The notes below the pieces were generated by a model. It saw only the letters and a program-made list of their open reading frames with translations. It was not told where the DNA came from and searched no databases. Made by a program: the position numbers and the translations under genes. This document shows positions 40,972 to 50,449 of a stretch of DNA of 64,000 nucleotides, piece after piece. The stretch is taken from NCBI GenBank assembly GCA_947464185.1, contig CANHVY010000018.1:3220-67219 (forward strand). Reading direction: 5' to 3'. Each line of letters opens with the position of its first letter. The first letter of the stretch is position 1. This stretch comes from Burkholderiales bacterium (GTDB lineage Bacteria > Pseudomonadota > Gammaproteobacteria > Burkholderiales > Burkholderiaceae_C).

Positions 40972-42756
40972 ATGTACCGCTACACCGACTTCGACCGCCA
41001 GTTCGTTCAGGCGCGCGCGGCGCAGTACCGGGATCAGCTGGAGCGCCACCTGGCGGGCGAATTGCCCGACGACGCCTTCCGCCCTCTGCGGCTGCAGAAC
41101 GGCTGGTACGTGCAGCGCCACGCGCCCATGCTGCGGGTGGCCGTGCCCTATGGGGCGCTGTCCAGCGACCAGCTTCGCATGCTGGCCCGCATCGCCCGGG
41201 AGTTCGACCTGCAGGACGCCGGCACCGCGGCCGAACGCGGAGGCTTCGGCCACTTCACCACGCGCCAGAACCTGCAATACAACTGGATCCCGCTGGAGCG
41301 CAGCGCCGACGTGATGGACCTGCTCGCTTCGGTGGACATGCACGGCATCCAGACCAGCGGCAACTGCATCCGCAACATCACCAGCGACTCGCTGGCCGGC
41401 GTGGCGCCCGACGAGATCGTCGACCCCAGGCCCTACTGCGAAGTGCTGCGCCAGTGGAGCACGTTGCACCCGGAGTTCGCTTTCCTGCCGCGCAAGTTCA
41501 AGATCGCCGTCAGCGGCGCCCGGGAAGACCGCGCGGCCATCCGCTGGCACGACATCGGCCTGCAGTTGGTGAAGAACGCGCAGGGCGAGGTGGGCTTCGA
41601 GGTCTACGTGGGCGGCGGCATGGGCCGCACGCCGGTCATCGCCCCGCTGGCCCGCCCCTTCGTGCCCTGGCAGCAGATCCTCGTTTACATCGAGGCTGCC
41701 GTGCGCGTGTACAACCGCTTCGGCCGGCGCGACAACCTCTACAAGGCGCGCATCAAGATCCTGGTGAAAGCCGAGGGGCAGCGCTTCTTCGACGAAGTCG
41801 ATGCCGAATTCGACAAACTGCTGAATGAAGACCCGACGGGCGCTGAACACCTCATCCCGCAGGCCGAACTCGATCGCGTGGCGTCCTGCTTCGCGGTGCC
41901 CGAGGGTGTGGCCGGATCGGCTCTGAGTGCCCACGGGGCGCAGGAGGTCCCTGCGGCCAAGGCAGCGATCGGTGCCGGCCTGCACCCCGGCGACACCAAC
42001 GCGCCCCTCGCCTACACCCGCTGGCTGGAGCGCAACGTGCAAGCGCACCGACTCGCGGGGCTGCGCGCCGTCACGCTTTCCCTCAAGCGTCCAGGCCTGC
42101 CGCCGGGCGATGCCACCGCCGAGCAGATGGACGCGGCCGCTGTGCTGGCCGACCGCTTCAGCCAAGGCGAGCTGCGGGTGACGCACGAGCAGAACCTGCT
42201 GCTGCCCTGGGTGCGTGAGACCGATCTGCACGCCCTCTGGCTGGCCGCCAAGGATCGCGGCTTCGCCACGCCCAACATCGGGCTGGTGACCGACATGATC
42301 GCCTGCCCGGGCGGAGACTTCTGCGCCCTGGCTAACGCCCGGTCCATCCCGGTGGCGGCCGAGATCACCGAGCGCTTCCAGGACCTGGACCAGCAGCACG
42401 ACATCGGCGACCTCGATCTCCACATCAGCGGGTGCATCAACAGCTGCGGCCACCACCACAGCGGACACCTGGGCATCCTGGGCGTAGACAAGGACGGCAC
42501 CGAGTGGTACCAGATCACGCTGGGCGGCTCGGACGGCTCCAAGCTGTCTGGCGCCGCCACGCCCGGCAAGGTGATCGGCCCGTCCTTCGCAGCAGACGAG
42601 GTGGCGAACGCGGTGGAAGCCGTGATCGAGACCTACCGGCGCGAGCGCAGCGCCGGGGAACGCTTCATCGACACCGTGCGTCGCCTGGGCGTGGCGCCAT
42701 TTCGTGCCGCCACCGACGAAGTGCGCCTGGCCACGGCCTCCTCGCCTGCCGACTGA
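40972..42756 (+). CDS. cysI: Sulfite reductase hemoprotein (nitrite/sulfite reductase family, siroheme/4Fe-4S)
   Basis: Two NIR/SIR repeats and the Cys cluster CPGGDFCALA...SGCINSCGHH. Followed by DUF934 and cobA, as in assimilatory sulfate-reduction clusters. Confidence 0.8.
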   Translation: MYRYTDFDRQFVQARAAQYRDQLERHLAGELPDDAFRPLRLQNGWYVQRHAPMLRVAVPYGALSSDQLRMLARIAREFDLQDAGTAAERGGFGHFTTRQNLQYNWIPLERSADVMDLLASVDMHGIQTSGNCIRNITSDSLAGVAPDEIVDPRPYCEVLRQWSTLHPEFAFLPRKFKIAVSGAREDRAAIRWHDIGLQLVKNAQGEVGFEVYVGGGMGRTPVIAPLARPFVPWQQILVYIEAAVRVYNRFGRRDNLYKARIKILVKAEGQRFFDEVDAEFDKLLNEDPTGAEHLIPQAELDRVASCFAVPEGVAGSALSAHGAQEVPAAKAAIGAGLHPGDTNAPLAYTRWLERNVQAHRLAGLRAVTLSLKRPGLPPGDATAEQMDAAAVLADRFSQGELRVTHEQNLLLPWVRETDLHALWLAAKDRGFATPNIGLVTDMIACPGGDFCALANARSIPVAAEITERFQDLDQQHDIGDLDLHISGCINSCGHHHSGHLGILGVDKDGTEWYQITLGGSDGSKLSGAATPGKVIGPSFAADEVANAVEAVIETYRRERSAGERFIDTVRRLGVAPFRAATDEVRLATASSPAD

Positions 42757-42793
42757 GCGGCCGGCAGACCCGACTCCGCACTGGAAACGCCCC

Positions 42794-43324
42794 ATGAAGT
42801 TCATCGATCCCCAACAAGACCGCTGGCACCTGGCCACTGGCGAAGACGGCCCCCTGCCTCACCCCAGCCCGGCCGACCAATTGCTGCTGACCTTGGAGCA
42901 ATGGCACGCCGTGCGAAGCCACTGGAGCGAACAGGCCACCACTGGCAAGCGCCTCGGGCTGCAGTTGAACAACGACGCTGATGTCGAGGCGCTGAAACCC
43001 GACCTGCCTCGCCTGGCCTTGATCACCCTGTCCTTTCCCAAATGGACGGACGGCCGCGCCTACACGCAAGCCCGGCTGCTGCGCGCGCGCCTGGGCTTCC
43101 AGGGCGAGATCCGGGCCACCGGCGAGGTGCTGGTGGACATGCTCCCCCTGCTGCAGCGCACGGGCTTCGACGCCGTGCAGTTGCGGACCGACCAGCGCTT
43201 GGCGTCTGCAGAGCGGGCCCTGAGGTTCTTCGCAGCCCACTACCAAGGTGACGTGCGAGAAGCCCGACCCGTCTTCCGCCGGCAGGCCGACGCTGCGAAG
43301 ACCGCGGCTGCGGAAACAGCATGA
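42794..43324 (+). CDS. DUF934 protein (sulfite-reductase-associated)
   Basis: Conserved block FPKWTDGRAYTQARLLR and its position directly after cysI. The start was trimmed to ATG at 42794. Confidence 0.75.
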   Translation: MKFIDPQQDRWHLATGEDGPLPHPSPADQLLLTLEQWHAVRSHWSEQATTGKRLGLQLNNDADVEALKPDLPRLALITLSFPKWTDGRAYTQARLLRARLGFQGEIRATGEVLVDMLPLLQRTGFDAVQLRTDQRLASAERALRFFAAHYQGDVREARPVFRRQADAAKTAAAETA

Positions 43325-44154
43325 AGGGCACCAGCTTCCCGCCCACCTCCGGCCGCGTGATCTTCGTGGGGGCCGGGCCTGGGGCCGCCGACCTGATCAC
43401 GGTTCGTGGTGCGCGTGCGCTGGCCAGCGCCGATGTGGTGCTGCATGACGCCCTGACCGATCCGGCCCTGCGCGAGCTGGCCCCGGGCGCCCGGTGGATC
43501 GACGTGGGCAAGCGCGGCTTCTGCGATTCCACCGGCCAGACCCGCATCAATGCCTTGCTGGTGCAACAGGCCTGTGGCGCGCGGGTGGTGGTGCGCCTGA
43601 AGGGGGGGGACCCCAGCGTCTTCGGCCGTCTGGAAGAAGAGCTCGAGGCGCTGGCCGAGGCCGGCATCGCCAGCGAGGTGGTGCCCGGCGTGACATCGGC
43701 GCTGGCCGCCGCCGCCGCGCTGCAGCGGCCCCTCACGCGGCGCGGCCGCGGCCGCAGCGTCAGCCTGACCACGGCCATGACGAGGGCTCGCGAGTTGCAG
43801 GCCACGCGCACGGCCGACACCGAGGTCTTCTACATGGCGGGCCGCCAGCTTGCCGCCCTGGGCCGGCGTCTGCGCGAAGCGGGCTGGCCCGCAGACACGC
43901 CCGTGGCCGTGGTGTCGCGCGCCGGCTGGCCTGACCAGATCGCCTCGGATCATGCGGTGGGGACGTTGGCCCAGGCCGCGCTGCTGCACAGCGGCCGCCC
44001 GACCGTGGTGACCGTGGGCGTCGGGGCCGAGGCAATGGAGCCTGCCGGCACGGCCCGCTCTGCGGCGGTCGGGCAGGCGCCCGCGGGAGACAGATCCCGG
44101 GCTCAGCCCGTACTGAGCGCCGACGTACCGGAAATCGCCCTGACGGCACCGTAA
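43321..44154 (+). CDS. cobA: Uroporphyrinogen-III C-methyltransferase (siroheme branch)
   Basis: Motifs [18 protein letters not shown] and [16 protein letters not shown] overlap with the DUF934 stop. Confidence 0.85.
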   Translation: MKGTSFPPTSGRVIFVGAGPGAADLITVRGARALASADVVLHDALTDPALRELAPGARWIDVGKRGFCDSTGQTRINALLVQQACGARVVVRLKGGDPSVFGRLEEELEALAEAGIASEVVPGVTSALAAAAALQRPLTRRGRGRSVSLTTAMTRARELQATRTADTEVFYMAGRQLAALGRRLREAGWPADTPVAVVSRAGWPDQIASDHAVGTLAQAALLHSGRPTVVTVGVGAEAMEPAGTARSAAVGQAPAGDRSRAQPVLSADVPEIALTAP

Positions 44155-44255
44155 ACTTCGGGTTTTCCTGGGCTGGCGTGTCAACCCAGCCTGATGTCAA
44201 GTCTTGTCACCCACTACCCGCAGCCACCCCGGCTCCCAGCCTTCGGACCTCCGCC

Positions 44256-44579
44256 ATGACCCACGTCGTCACCGAATCCTGCATCCGCTGCAAGTACACC
44301 GACTGTGTCGACGTGTGCCCCGTCGATTGCTTCCGTGAAGGCCCCAACTTCCTCACCATCGACCCCGACGAGTGCATCGACTGTGCCGTCTGCATTCCAG
44401 AGTGCCCGGTCAATGCCATCCTGCCCGAGGAAGACGTCCCCGGTGACCAGCAGCACTTCATCAAGCTCAATGCAGAGCTGTCGCGCAAGTGGCCGAGCAT
44501 CACCCGCAGCAAGACCCCGCTGCCCGACGCTGACGACTGGAAAGACCGCTATGGCAAGCTGAGCGAACTGCAGCGCTGA
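44256..44579 (+). CDS. fdxA: 7Fe ferredoxin (3Fe-4S + 4Fe-4S), FdxA type
   Basis: [18 protein letters not shown] and [12 protein letters not shown], with 107 aa. The start was trimmed to MTHVVTE. Confidence 0.9.
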   Translation: MTHVVTESCIRCKYTDCVDVCPVDCFREGPNFLTIDPDECIDCAVCIPECPVNAILPEEDVPGDQQHFIKLNAELSRKWPSITRSKTPLPDADDWKDRYGKLSELQR

Positions 44580-44609
44580 GGCCGGCGCCCGCAGCTTCGT
44601 CGCGCGGCC

Positions 44610-45662
44610 ATGGCACCGCCCCTCGAGACCGACGCCGTGGTCATCGGCGCCGGCCCGGCAGGTCTGTTCCAGGTGTTCGAGCTGGGCCTGCTGGAGATCC
44701 GCGCCCACGTCATCGACACGCTGCCCGTGCCTGGCGGCCAGTGCATCGAGCTGTATCCGGACAAGCCCATCTACGACATCCCGGGCCTGCCGTTCTGCAC
44801 AGGGCGGGAGCTCACTGACCGCCTGCTGCAGCAGATCCAGCCCTTCGGCGCCACCTTGCACCTGGACCAGGAGGTGGCCTCGGTGCAGCGGCAGGCTGAC
44901 CGGCGCTTCCTGGTGCAGACCAGTCAGGGCACCCGCCTGCTGAGCAAGACGGTCTTCATCGCCGGCGGCGTGGGCGCCTTCCAGCCCCGCACGTTGAAGG
45001 TGCCTGGCCTGGAGCGCTTTCATGACCAGCAGGTCTTCTACCGGGTACGCGACCCAGCCGCCTTCGCCGGCCAGCATCTGGTGGTGATGGGCGATGACGA
45101 CACCGCCCTGGGCTGGGCCATCCACTTCTCACAAGACGGGCCGCACCGGGCACGCAGCGTCACCTTGCTGCACCGGCGCGACGCCTTCCGCGCGGCCCCA
45201 GCCACCGTGGAGCGCATGCGCGCGCTGTGCGAAGCGGGCGCGTTGCGCTTCGTGGCGGGTCAGATCGTCGGCTTCGAGGAAGCGCAGGGCACCGTTACGC
45301 ATCTGCAGGTCATGGGCCCGGACGACCGCAACCAGGCCGTCCCCATGGACAGCCTGCTGCCCTTCCTGGGCCTGAGCCCCAAGCTCGGGCCCATCGCCCA
45401 GTGGGGTCTGGCCCTGGAGCGCAAGCAACTGGTGGTGGACACCGAGAAGTTCGAAACCAGCGAACCCGGCATCTTCGCCGTGGGCGACATCAACACCTAC
45501 CCCGGCAAGAAGAAGCTCATCGTGTGCGGCTTCCACGAGGCCACATTGGCGGCCTACGCAGCCTGCGCCTATGTCTTCCCGGACGAGAAGGTGCAACTGC
45601 AATACACCACCACCAGCCCGCGGCTGCATCAGCTGCTGGGCGTCACGCCCGCCCCTGACTGA
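44610..45662 (+). CDS. Thioredoxin-reductase-like ferredoxin-NADP+ reductase
   Basis: FAD motif [10 protein letters not shown], a second dinucleotide fold [13 protein letters not shown], and GDINTYPGK. Adjacent to fdxA. Confidence 0.8.
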   Translation: MAPPLETDAVVIGAGPAGLFQVFELGLLEIRAHVIDTLPVPGGQCIELYPDKPIYDIPGLPFCTGRELTDRLLQQIQPFGATLHLDQEVASVQRQADRRFLVQTSQGTRLLSKTVFIAGGVGAFQPRTLKVPGLERFHDQQVFYRVRDPAAFAGQHLVVMGDDDTALGWAIHFSQDGPHRARSVTLLHRRDAFRAAPATVERMRALCEAGALRFVAGQIVGFEEAQGTVTHLQVMGPDDRNQAVPMDSLLPFLGLSPKLGPIAQWGLALERKQLVVDTEKFETSEPGIFAVGDINTYPGKKKLIVCGFHEATLAAYAACAYVFPDEKVQLQYTTTSPRLHQLLGVTPAPD

Positions 45663-45701
45663 AGCCGCGCCGGGCGCTGCAAGGCCTCCAGCGGCTATCA
45701 T

Positions 45702-45806
45702 CGCGCCCTGTCGCCAGGGGAGCCCGAGTGGGGGCTGAGAGTACCGTCCATGGGGGACGGTAGACCCTGGAACCTGATCCGGGTGATACCGGCGGAGGAA
45801 GCGCGG
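45702..45806 (+). promoter_or_regulatory. TPP (THI-box) riboswitch
   Basis: Conserved cores GGGGCUGAGA (45730-45740), ACCCUGGAACCUGAUCCGGGUGAUACCGGCGGAGGAAG (45764-45801). A candidate P1 pairs CGCGC (45702-06) with GCGCG (45801-05). The GGAGGAA Shine-Dalgarno-like stretch lies inside the 3' part, 8-9 nt before the ATG at 45808. Confidence 0.85.
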
Positions 45807-45807
45807 C

Positions 45808-47205
45808 ATGCTGGTCACAGCTTGGGTTGCCATGGTCGTGGCGCTGATGGTCTTTGTCTGGATCGGACTCAGAGGCCGATCCGCGAAAGACTCACTTGAC
45901 GATTACCTGACGGCGCGTGGCAGCCAGAACGCCTCGGCCCTGGGCCTGTCGTTCGTGGCCTCTGGCCTGGGCGCCTGGATCCTCTTCGCACCGCCAGAGC
46001 TGGGCGCCTTCGTCGGGCCCGTGGCGGTGGCGGGCTATGCCCTTGGCGCCGCCCTGCCCTTCCTGGTCTTCGCCGCGTTCGGCGGCTCCGTCCGGCGGAT
46101 GTTGCCTGAAGGTCGCAGCCTCGGGGAGTTCGCCCAGGTCCGTCTGGGCACGCCCGTGCGGCGCTGGGTGGCCTCGATCTCCGCGCTCTACATGCTCTGC
46201 TTCTTGACGGCGGAGCTCACGGCGGTGGGGGCCATCACCGAAATGCTGTCAGGCATTCCGGCCTGGGTGGCCGTGATGGGGGTGACGATCTCGACGCTGA
46301 TCTACACCACCTGGGGGGGCCTGCGGGCCAGCCTGCTGACCGACCGCTGGCAGGCCTGGCTGCTGCTGGCCTTGCTGGTGTTGATCGGCTTCAGCTTGTT
46401 CAACGGACCGTCCTTCACCCCCCAGGCCGCCGACCCGAAGCCCCTGCCTTCCGTCCCAACGGGCGCGGCGCTGTCCGTGGCCCTGACGCTGGTGATTGCC
46501 GTCACGGCGGCCAACCTCTTTCACCAAGGCTATTGGCAGCGACTGTGGGCCGCGCAAGACCTGCGCGCGCTCAAGTCCGGCGCCTTGCTGGGCGCCGTCT
46601 TGACCGTTGCAGCCATCGCCACCGTGGGCGGCCTGGGCATGCTGGCGGTGACGCGGGGCGCAGACCTCGGGCAACCCCCGGTCCCCTTCTTCGCCCTGGT
46701 TTCCGGCGGTCCCGTGTGGTTGAAGATCTCCACCCTGGTGCTTGCCCTGGCCTTGGTGGCCTCTTCCGTGGACACGCTCCAAAGTGGTCTGGCCTCCCTC
46801 ATCGTGACGGAAGGGCGGCGCTCGTCGATGGCGATGGCGCGCTGGATCACCGTGCTGTTGATGGTGCCCGTCGTGCTGGTGGCGCTGCAGGGCATCTCGG
46901 TGCTGCGCCTGTTCCTGATCGCGGACCTGCTCTGCGCTACGGCCGTGGTACCGGTGCTGCTCGGGGCCTGGCGGCGCATGTCTTCAAGAGCGGCCCTCGG
47001 CGGCTGTGCGGCAGGGCTGGTAGGTGCGGTGCTGCCGGGATGGATTCAGGGGGGAAGCCTGGGCGCCGGACTGGTGGCTGCCAGCTTCCCCGGGAGCGTG
47101 CCGACCCTGTGGCCCTTCCTCGGGGCGCTGTCGGCCTCAGCGGTCGTCAGCCTGGCCCTGGCTTGGGCCTGGCCGCACCCACAGGCACGGCTGGCGTCCG
47201 ACTGA
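45808..47205 (+). CDS. Sodium:solute symporter (SSS) family transporter under TPP-riboswitch control
   Basis: About 12-13 TM segments and the PutP/PanF-like N-terminal pattern (DDYLTARGSQNASALGLSFVASGLGAW). Lies immediately downstream of the riboswitch. Confidence 0.8.
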   Translation: MLVTAWVAMVVALMVFVWIGLRGRSAKDSLDDYLTARGSQNASALGLSFVASGLGAWILFAPPELGAFVGPVAVAGYALGAALPFLVFAAFGGSVRRMLPEGRSLGEFAQVRLGTPVRRWVASISALYMLCFLTAELTAVGAITEMLSGIPAWVAVMGVTISTLIYTTWGGLRASLLTDRWQAWLLLALLVLIGFSLFNGPSFTPQAADPKPLPSVPTGAALSVALTLVIAVTAANLFHQGYWQRLWAAQDLRALKSGALLGAVLTVAAIATVGGLGMLAVTRGADLGQPPVPFFALVSGGPVWLKISTLVLALALVASSVDTLQSGLASLIVTEGRRSSMAMARWITVLLMVPVVLVALQGISVLRLFLIADLLCATAVVPVLLGAWRRMSSRAALGGCAAGLVGAVLPGWIQGGSLGAGLVAASFPGSVPTLWPFLGALSASAVVSLALAWAWPHPQARLASD

Positions 47206-47234
47206 TGAACACCAGGCCCAGCCGCCTGAGCAGT

Positions 47235-48113
47235 TCAGGCCGGGAGTGCGGGCGCATCCCTCAGGCGCATCGCCACGGGATCATGGCCGTGGTTCAAGGG
47301 ACCGTGACCCCGACCTGTGCGAACCGCCGCACCGGCCTCGATGGCTCGCAGGATGTAGGCCCGCGCATGCCTGACCGCAGAGTCCAGGTCTTCGCCCAGC
47401 GCAAGATAGGCGGCAATGGCCGAGGACAAGGTGCAGCCTGTTCCATGGACATTGCGGCTGGCAATGCGCGGCGAACGCAGCGACAGTTCCTCGCCCTCCC
47501 CCCGGCAGAGCAGATCCTCGACTTCATCGCCCGCCAGGTGCCCGCCCTTGAGCAAGACTGCCTGGGCACCCAGGCTCAGCAGATCGCGTGCGGCGGGCGC
47601 CAGCTCCGCCGCCGTGGTCAACGGCCGCCCCAGAAGCAGCGAGGCCTCGTCCAGATTGGGCGTCACCAGGCAGGCGCGCGGGAACAGTTCGCGCACCAGC
47701 ACCTCCACCGTCTCGGCGGCGATGAGCCGGTCCCCGCTGGTGGCCACCATGACGGGGTCCAGCACCACCTTGCGCAGGCCAAAGTGGTCGATGGCCCAAG
47801 CCACGACCTCGACCACACCCGGTTCGTGCAGCATGCCGATCTTGACGGCGTCCACGCCGATGTCCTCGATGACCGAGACGATCTGCTGGCGCAGGAAGCT
47901 CGCCGGCACGGCATGGATGGCCTGGACGCCGACCGTGTTCTGTGCCGTCAGCGCGGTGATCGCGCTCATGCCATAGCAGCCCAGGGCCGCGAAAGTCTTC
48001 AAGTCGGCCTGGATGCCTGCGCCGCCTCCGCTGTCGGAGCCGGCAATGGTCAGGACGCGGCAGTAACGAGGGCTCGCGTCTTCCGCGGAAGAGTTCATGG
48101 GGTGGGCTTGCAT
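47235..48113 (-). CDS. thiD: Hydroxymethylpyrimidine/phosphomethylpyrimidine kinase
   Basis: Motif LTIAGSDSGGGAGIQADLKTF and C-terminal GTGCTLSSAIAA. The start is uncertain (ATG at 48113 or 48098). Confidence 0.9.
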   Translation of the reverse strand: MQAHPMNSSAEDASPRYCRVLTIAGSDSGGGAGIQADLKTFAALGCYGMSAITALTAQNTVGVQAIHAVPASFLRQQIVSVIEDIGVDAVKIGMLHEPGVVEVVAWAIDHFGLRKVVLDPVMVATSGDRLIAAETVEVLVRELFPRACLVTPNLDEASLLLGRPLTTAAELAPAARDLLSLGAQAVLLKGGHLAGDEVEDLLCRGEGEELSLRSPRIASRNVHGTGCTLSSAIAAYLALGEDLDSAVRHARAYILRAIEAGAAVRTGRGHGPLNHGHDPVAMRLRDAPALPA

Positions 48114-48181
48114 GCCCGCGATTATCGTGAGGCACTCCGTTGCAGCCTCCGTCGCAACGAGACACCTTCAGGAGCGCGCCG

Positions 48182-49270
48182 ATGAGCGCCAGAGCCGACG
48201 CCACGGTGCTGGGCGCAGGCCTGATGGGCCGCTTGCTGGCACATGCACTGGCCGCCCGGGGCATGACCGTCGAGGTCCGGGATGCCGGCACACCTGATGC
48301 CCAAGGCGCAGCGGCTCGGGTGGCCGCGGCCATGCTCGCGCCCTTGGCGGAGTCCGCCGTGACCGAGTGGCCCGTCGTGCGCATGGGCGTGCACGCTCTG
48401 CAGCGCTGGCCCGAAATCCTCCAGACCCTGCCCGAACCCGTGTTCCTGCAACGTGAGGGCACGGTCATCGTCTGGCATCGGCAGGATGCCTCTGAAGCCA
48501 GACGGTTCCAAGCGCTGCTGGCCCGCACGGCTGGGGCGCTGCGCGAGGTGCCGGGCCTCGAGCCCGCCGTCGAGCTGGACGCCACGGGGCTGGACGCGAT
48601 GGAGCCTGGCCTTGGCGCGCGGTTCCCGCGCGGCCTGCACCTGCCAGGGGAAGGGCAGCTCGACAACCGCGCCTTGCTCCAGGCCCTGCTGCGCTCGCTT
48701 CAAGACATGCCGGGCGTGCAACTGCTGTGGGAGCACCCCACCGATCCGTCCGCGCTTCCTGACGATGGCCGCTGGGTGTTCGATTGCCGCGGCCTGGGCG
48801 CAAAAGCTCATTGGCCCGGCCTGCGAGGCGTTCGCGGCGAAGTCGTGCGGCTGCATGCACCGGGCGTCCGGTTGCGTCGTCCGACACGGCTCATCCATCC
48901 CCGGCACCCGATCTACATCGCGCCCAAGCCGGGCGATCTGTTCGTGGTGGGCGCCACCGAGATCGAGACAGAGGATGTGTCGCCCGCCACGGTGCGCTCC
49001 ACCCTGGAGCTGCTGAGTGCGGCCTACACGGTGGACCCGGCTTTCGGGGAGGCCCGGATCGTCGAGATCTCCGCGCAGGCGCGGCCCACCCTGCCTGACA
49101 ACCTGCCGCTGCTGGAGGTGATGGCGCCGCGGCGCCTGCGCATCAATGGCCTGTATCGTCATGGGTTTCTCATCGCGCCGGCCTTGCTCGATGCCACGCT
49201 GCAGTGGATGGAACTCGGCGCTTCCCCGCTTGCGGCATCGTTCGGTCTTCGCATCCAGCACGACACATGA
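48182..49270 (+). CDS. thiO: FAD-dependent glycine oxidase ThiO
   Basis: Rossmann motif VLGAGLMGRLLAHALAARG. Position and translational coupling (ATGA) with thiS-thiG. Confidence 0.8.
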   Translation: MSARADATVLGAGLMGRLLAHALAARGMTVEVRDAGTPDAQGAAARVAAAMLAPLAESAVTEWPVVRMGVHALQRWPEILQTLPEPVFLQREGTVIVWHRQDASEARRFQALLARTAGALREVPGLEPAVELDATGLDAMEPGLGARFPRGLHLPGEGQLDNRALLQALLRSLQDMPGVQLLWEHPTDPSALPDDGRWVFDCRGLGAKAHWPGLRGVRGEVVRLHAPGVRLRRPTRLIHPRHPIYIAPKPGDLFVVGATEIETEDVSPATVRSTLELLSAAYTVDPAFGEARIVEISAQARPTLPDNLPLLEVMAPRRLRINGLYRHGFLIAPALLDATLQWMELGASPLAASFGLRIQHDT

Positions 49271-49536
49271 GCCTCTCAATGCACCCCCAAGGGCCGTCCG
49301 AAGTCCCGCCACACGCCGCTGGTGAGGAAGCCGACAGCATCCACGTCACCATCAACGAGGAAGCGCACCGCCTGCGCGCAGGCGCCACACTGGCCGATGC
49401 CATCGAGTGCATCGGCATCCGCCCGCCATTCGCCGCAGCGGTGAACCTGAACTTTGTGCCGCGCGGCCAGCATGGCAGTCATCCGCTGAAAGCCGGCGAT
49501 CGTGTGGAACTCATCGCGCCGATCACGGGGGGGTGA
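49267..49536 (+). CDS. thiS: Sulfur carrier protein ThiS
   Basis: Ubiquitin-like small protein ending in ...ELIAPITGG (C-terminal Gly-Gly). The N-terminal start is uncertain. Confidence 0.8.
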   Translation: MSLSMHPQGPSEVPPHAAGEEADSIHVTINEEAHRLRAGATLADAIECIGIRPPFAAAVNLNFVPRGQHGSHPLKAGDRVELIAPITGG

Positions 49537-49540
49537 TGCC

Positions 49541-50449
49541 ATGAAGCCCCCGATCCACACCGCCGACCCTGCCAGCGCCACGCAAGCCATGAGCCCCAAC
49601 CTCGAAGCGATGACATCCCCGGCCCCAGGCGTGCCGCCCGCGTCCGAGCACTCCTCGCCTCCAGACCCGCTGATCCTGTACGGCGAAAGCTTCGCCAGCC
49701 GCCTGCTTCTGGGCACGTCGCGCTACCCCTCCCCGCTCGTGCTGCACAGAGCCGTCGGCCGCAGCCAGCCCGCCATGCTGACCGCTTCGTTGAGGCGCCA
49801 GACCGGGGGCTCCAGCGCCGAAGCGTCCCGAAGCTTCTGGCAACTGCTGCAAGCCATGGCCGTGCCGGTGCTGCCCAACACCGCGGGTTGCCACACCGTC
49901 CAGGAGGCGATCACCACGGCCGAGATGGCGCGCGAGGTGTTCGAAACCGACTGGATCAAGCTCGAGCTGATCGGTGACACGGACACCTTGCAACCCGATG
50001 TGATCCATCTCCCCCAGGCGGCCGAGCACCTCATTCGCGCCGGATTCAAGGTGCTGCCTTATTGCACCGAAGACCTCGTGCTGTGCCGCCGTCTGGTGGA
50101 GGTGGGCTGCCAGGCCGTCATGCCCTGGGCGGCGCCCATCGGTACCGGCCAAGGGCCCGTGAACCCGTATGCGATGCGCATGCTGCGGGAGCGTCTTGAG
50201 GTGCCGATGATCGTGGACGCCGGCCTGGGCCGGCCCTCGCACGCCTGCACGGTGATGGAGTGGGGCTATGACGCCGTCCTGCTCAACACCGCCGTGGCCC
50301 TGGCGCAGGACCCCGTCGCCATGGCAGGCGCCTTCGCCCAGGCCGTCAGCGCCGGCCGCGCGGCGTTTCTGGGGGGCACGATGTCGGCGCAGGAAGCCGC
50401 TCAGGCCAGCACGCCCGTTCTGGGCACTCCCTTCTGGCATCAGACATGA
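49541..50449 (+). CDS. thiG: Thiazole synthase
   Basis: Blocks WIKLELIGD, VLPYCTED, VMPWAAPIGTGQG and VDAGLGRPSHA. The start is uncertain, and there is a Pro/Ser-rich N-terminal extension. Confidence 0.9.
   Translation: MKPPIHTADPASATQAMSPNLEAMTSPAPGVPPASEHSSPPDPLILYGESFASRLLLGTSRYPSPLVLHRAVGRSQPAMLTASLRRQTGGSSAEASRSFWQLLQAMAVPVLPNTAGCHTVQEAITTAEMAREVFETDWIKLELIGDTDTLQPDVIHLPQAAEHLIRAGFKVLPYCTEDLVLCRRLVEVGCQAVMPWAAPIGTGQGPVNPYAMRMLRERLEVPMIVDAGLGRPSHACTVMEWGYDAVLLNTAVALAQDPVAMAGAFAQAVSAGRAAFLGGTMSAQEAAQASTPVLGTPFWHQT

Noticed and set aside
48114-48181. A possible second TPP riboswitch in the divergent thiD/thiO intergenic region
   Set aside because: The region is only 68 nt. It lacks the CUGAGA core and the ACCUGAUC..GG.UAAU.CC.GCG.AGGGA core on either strand. 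There are only vague GATAAT-like resemblances.
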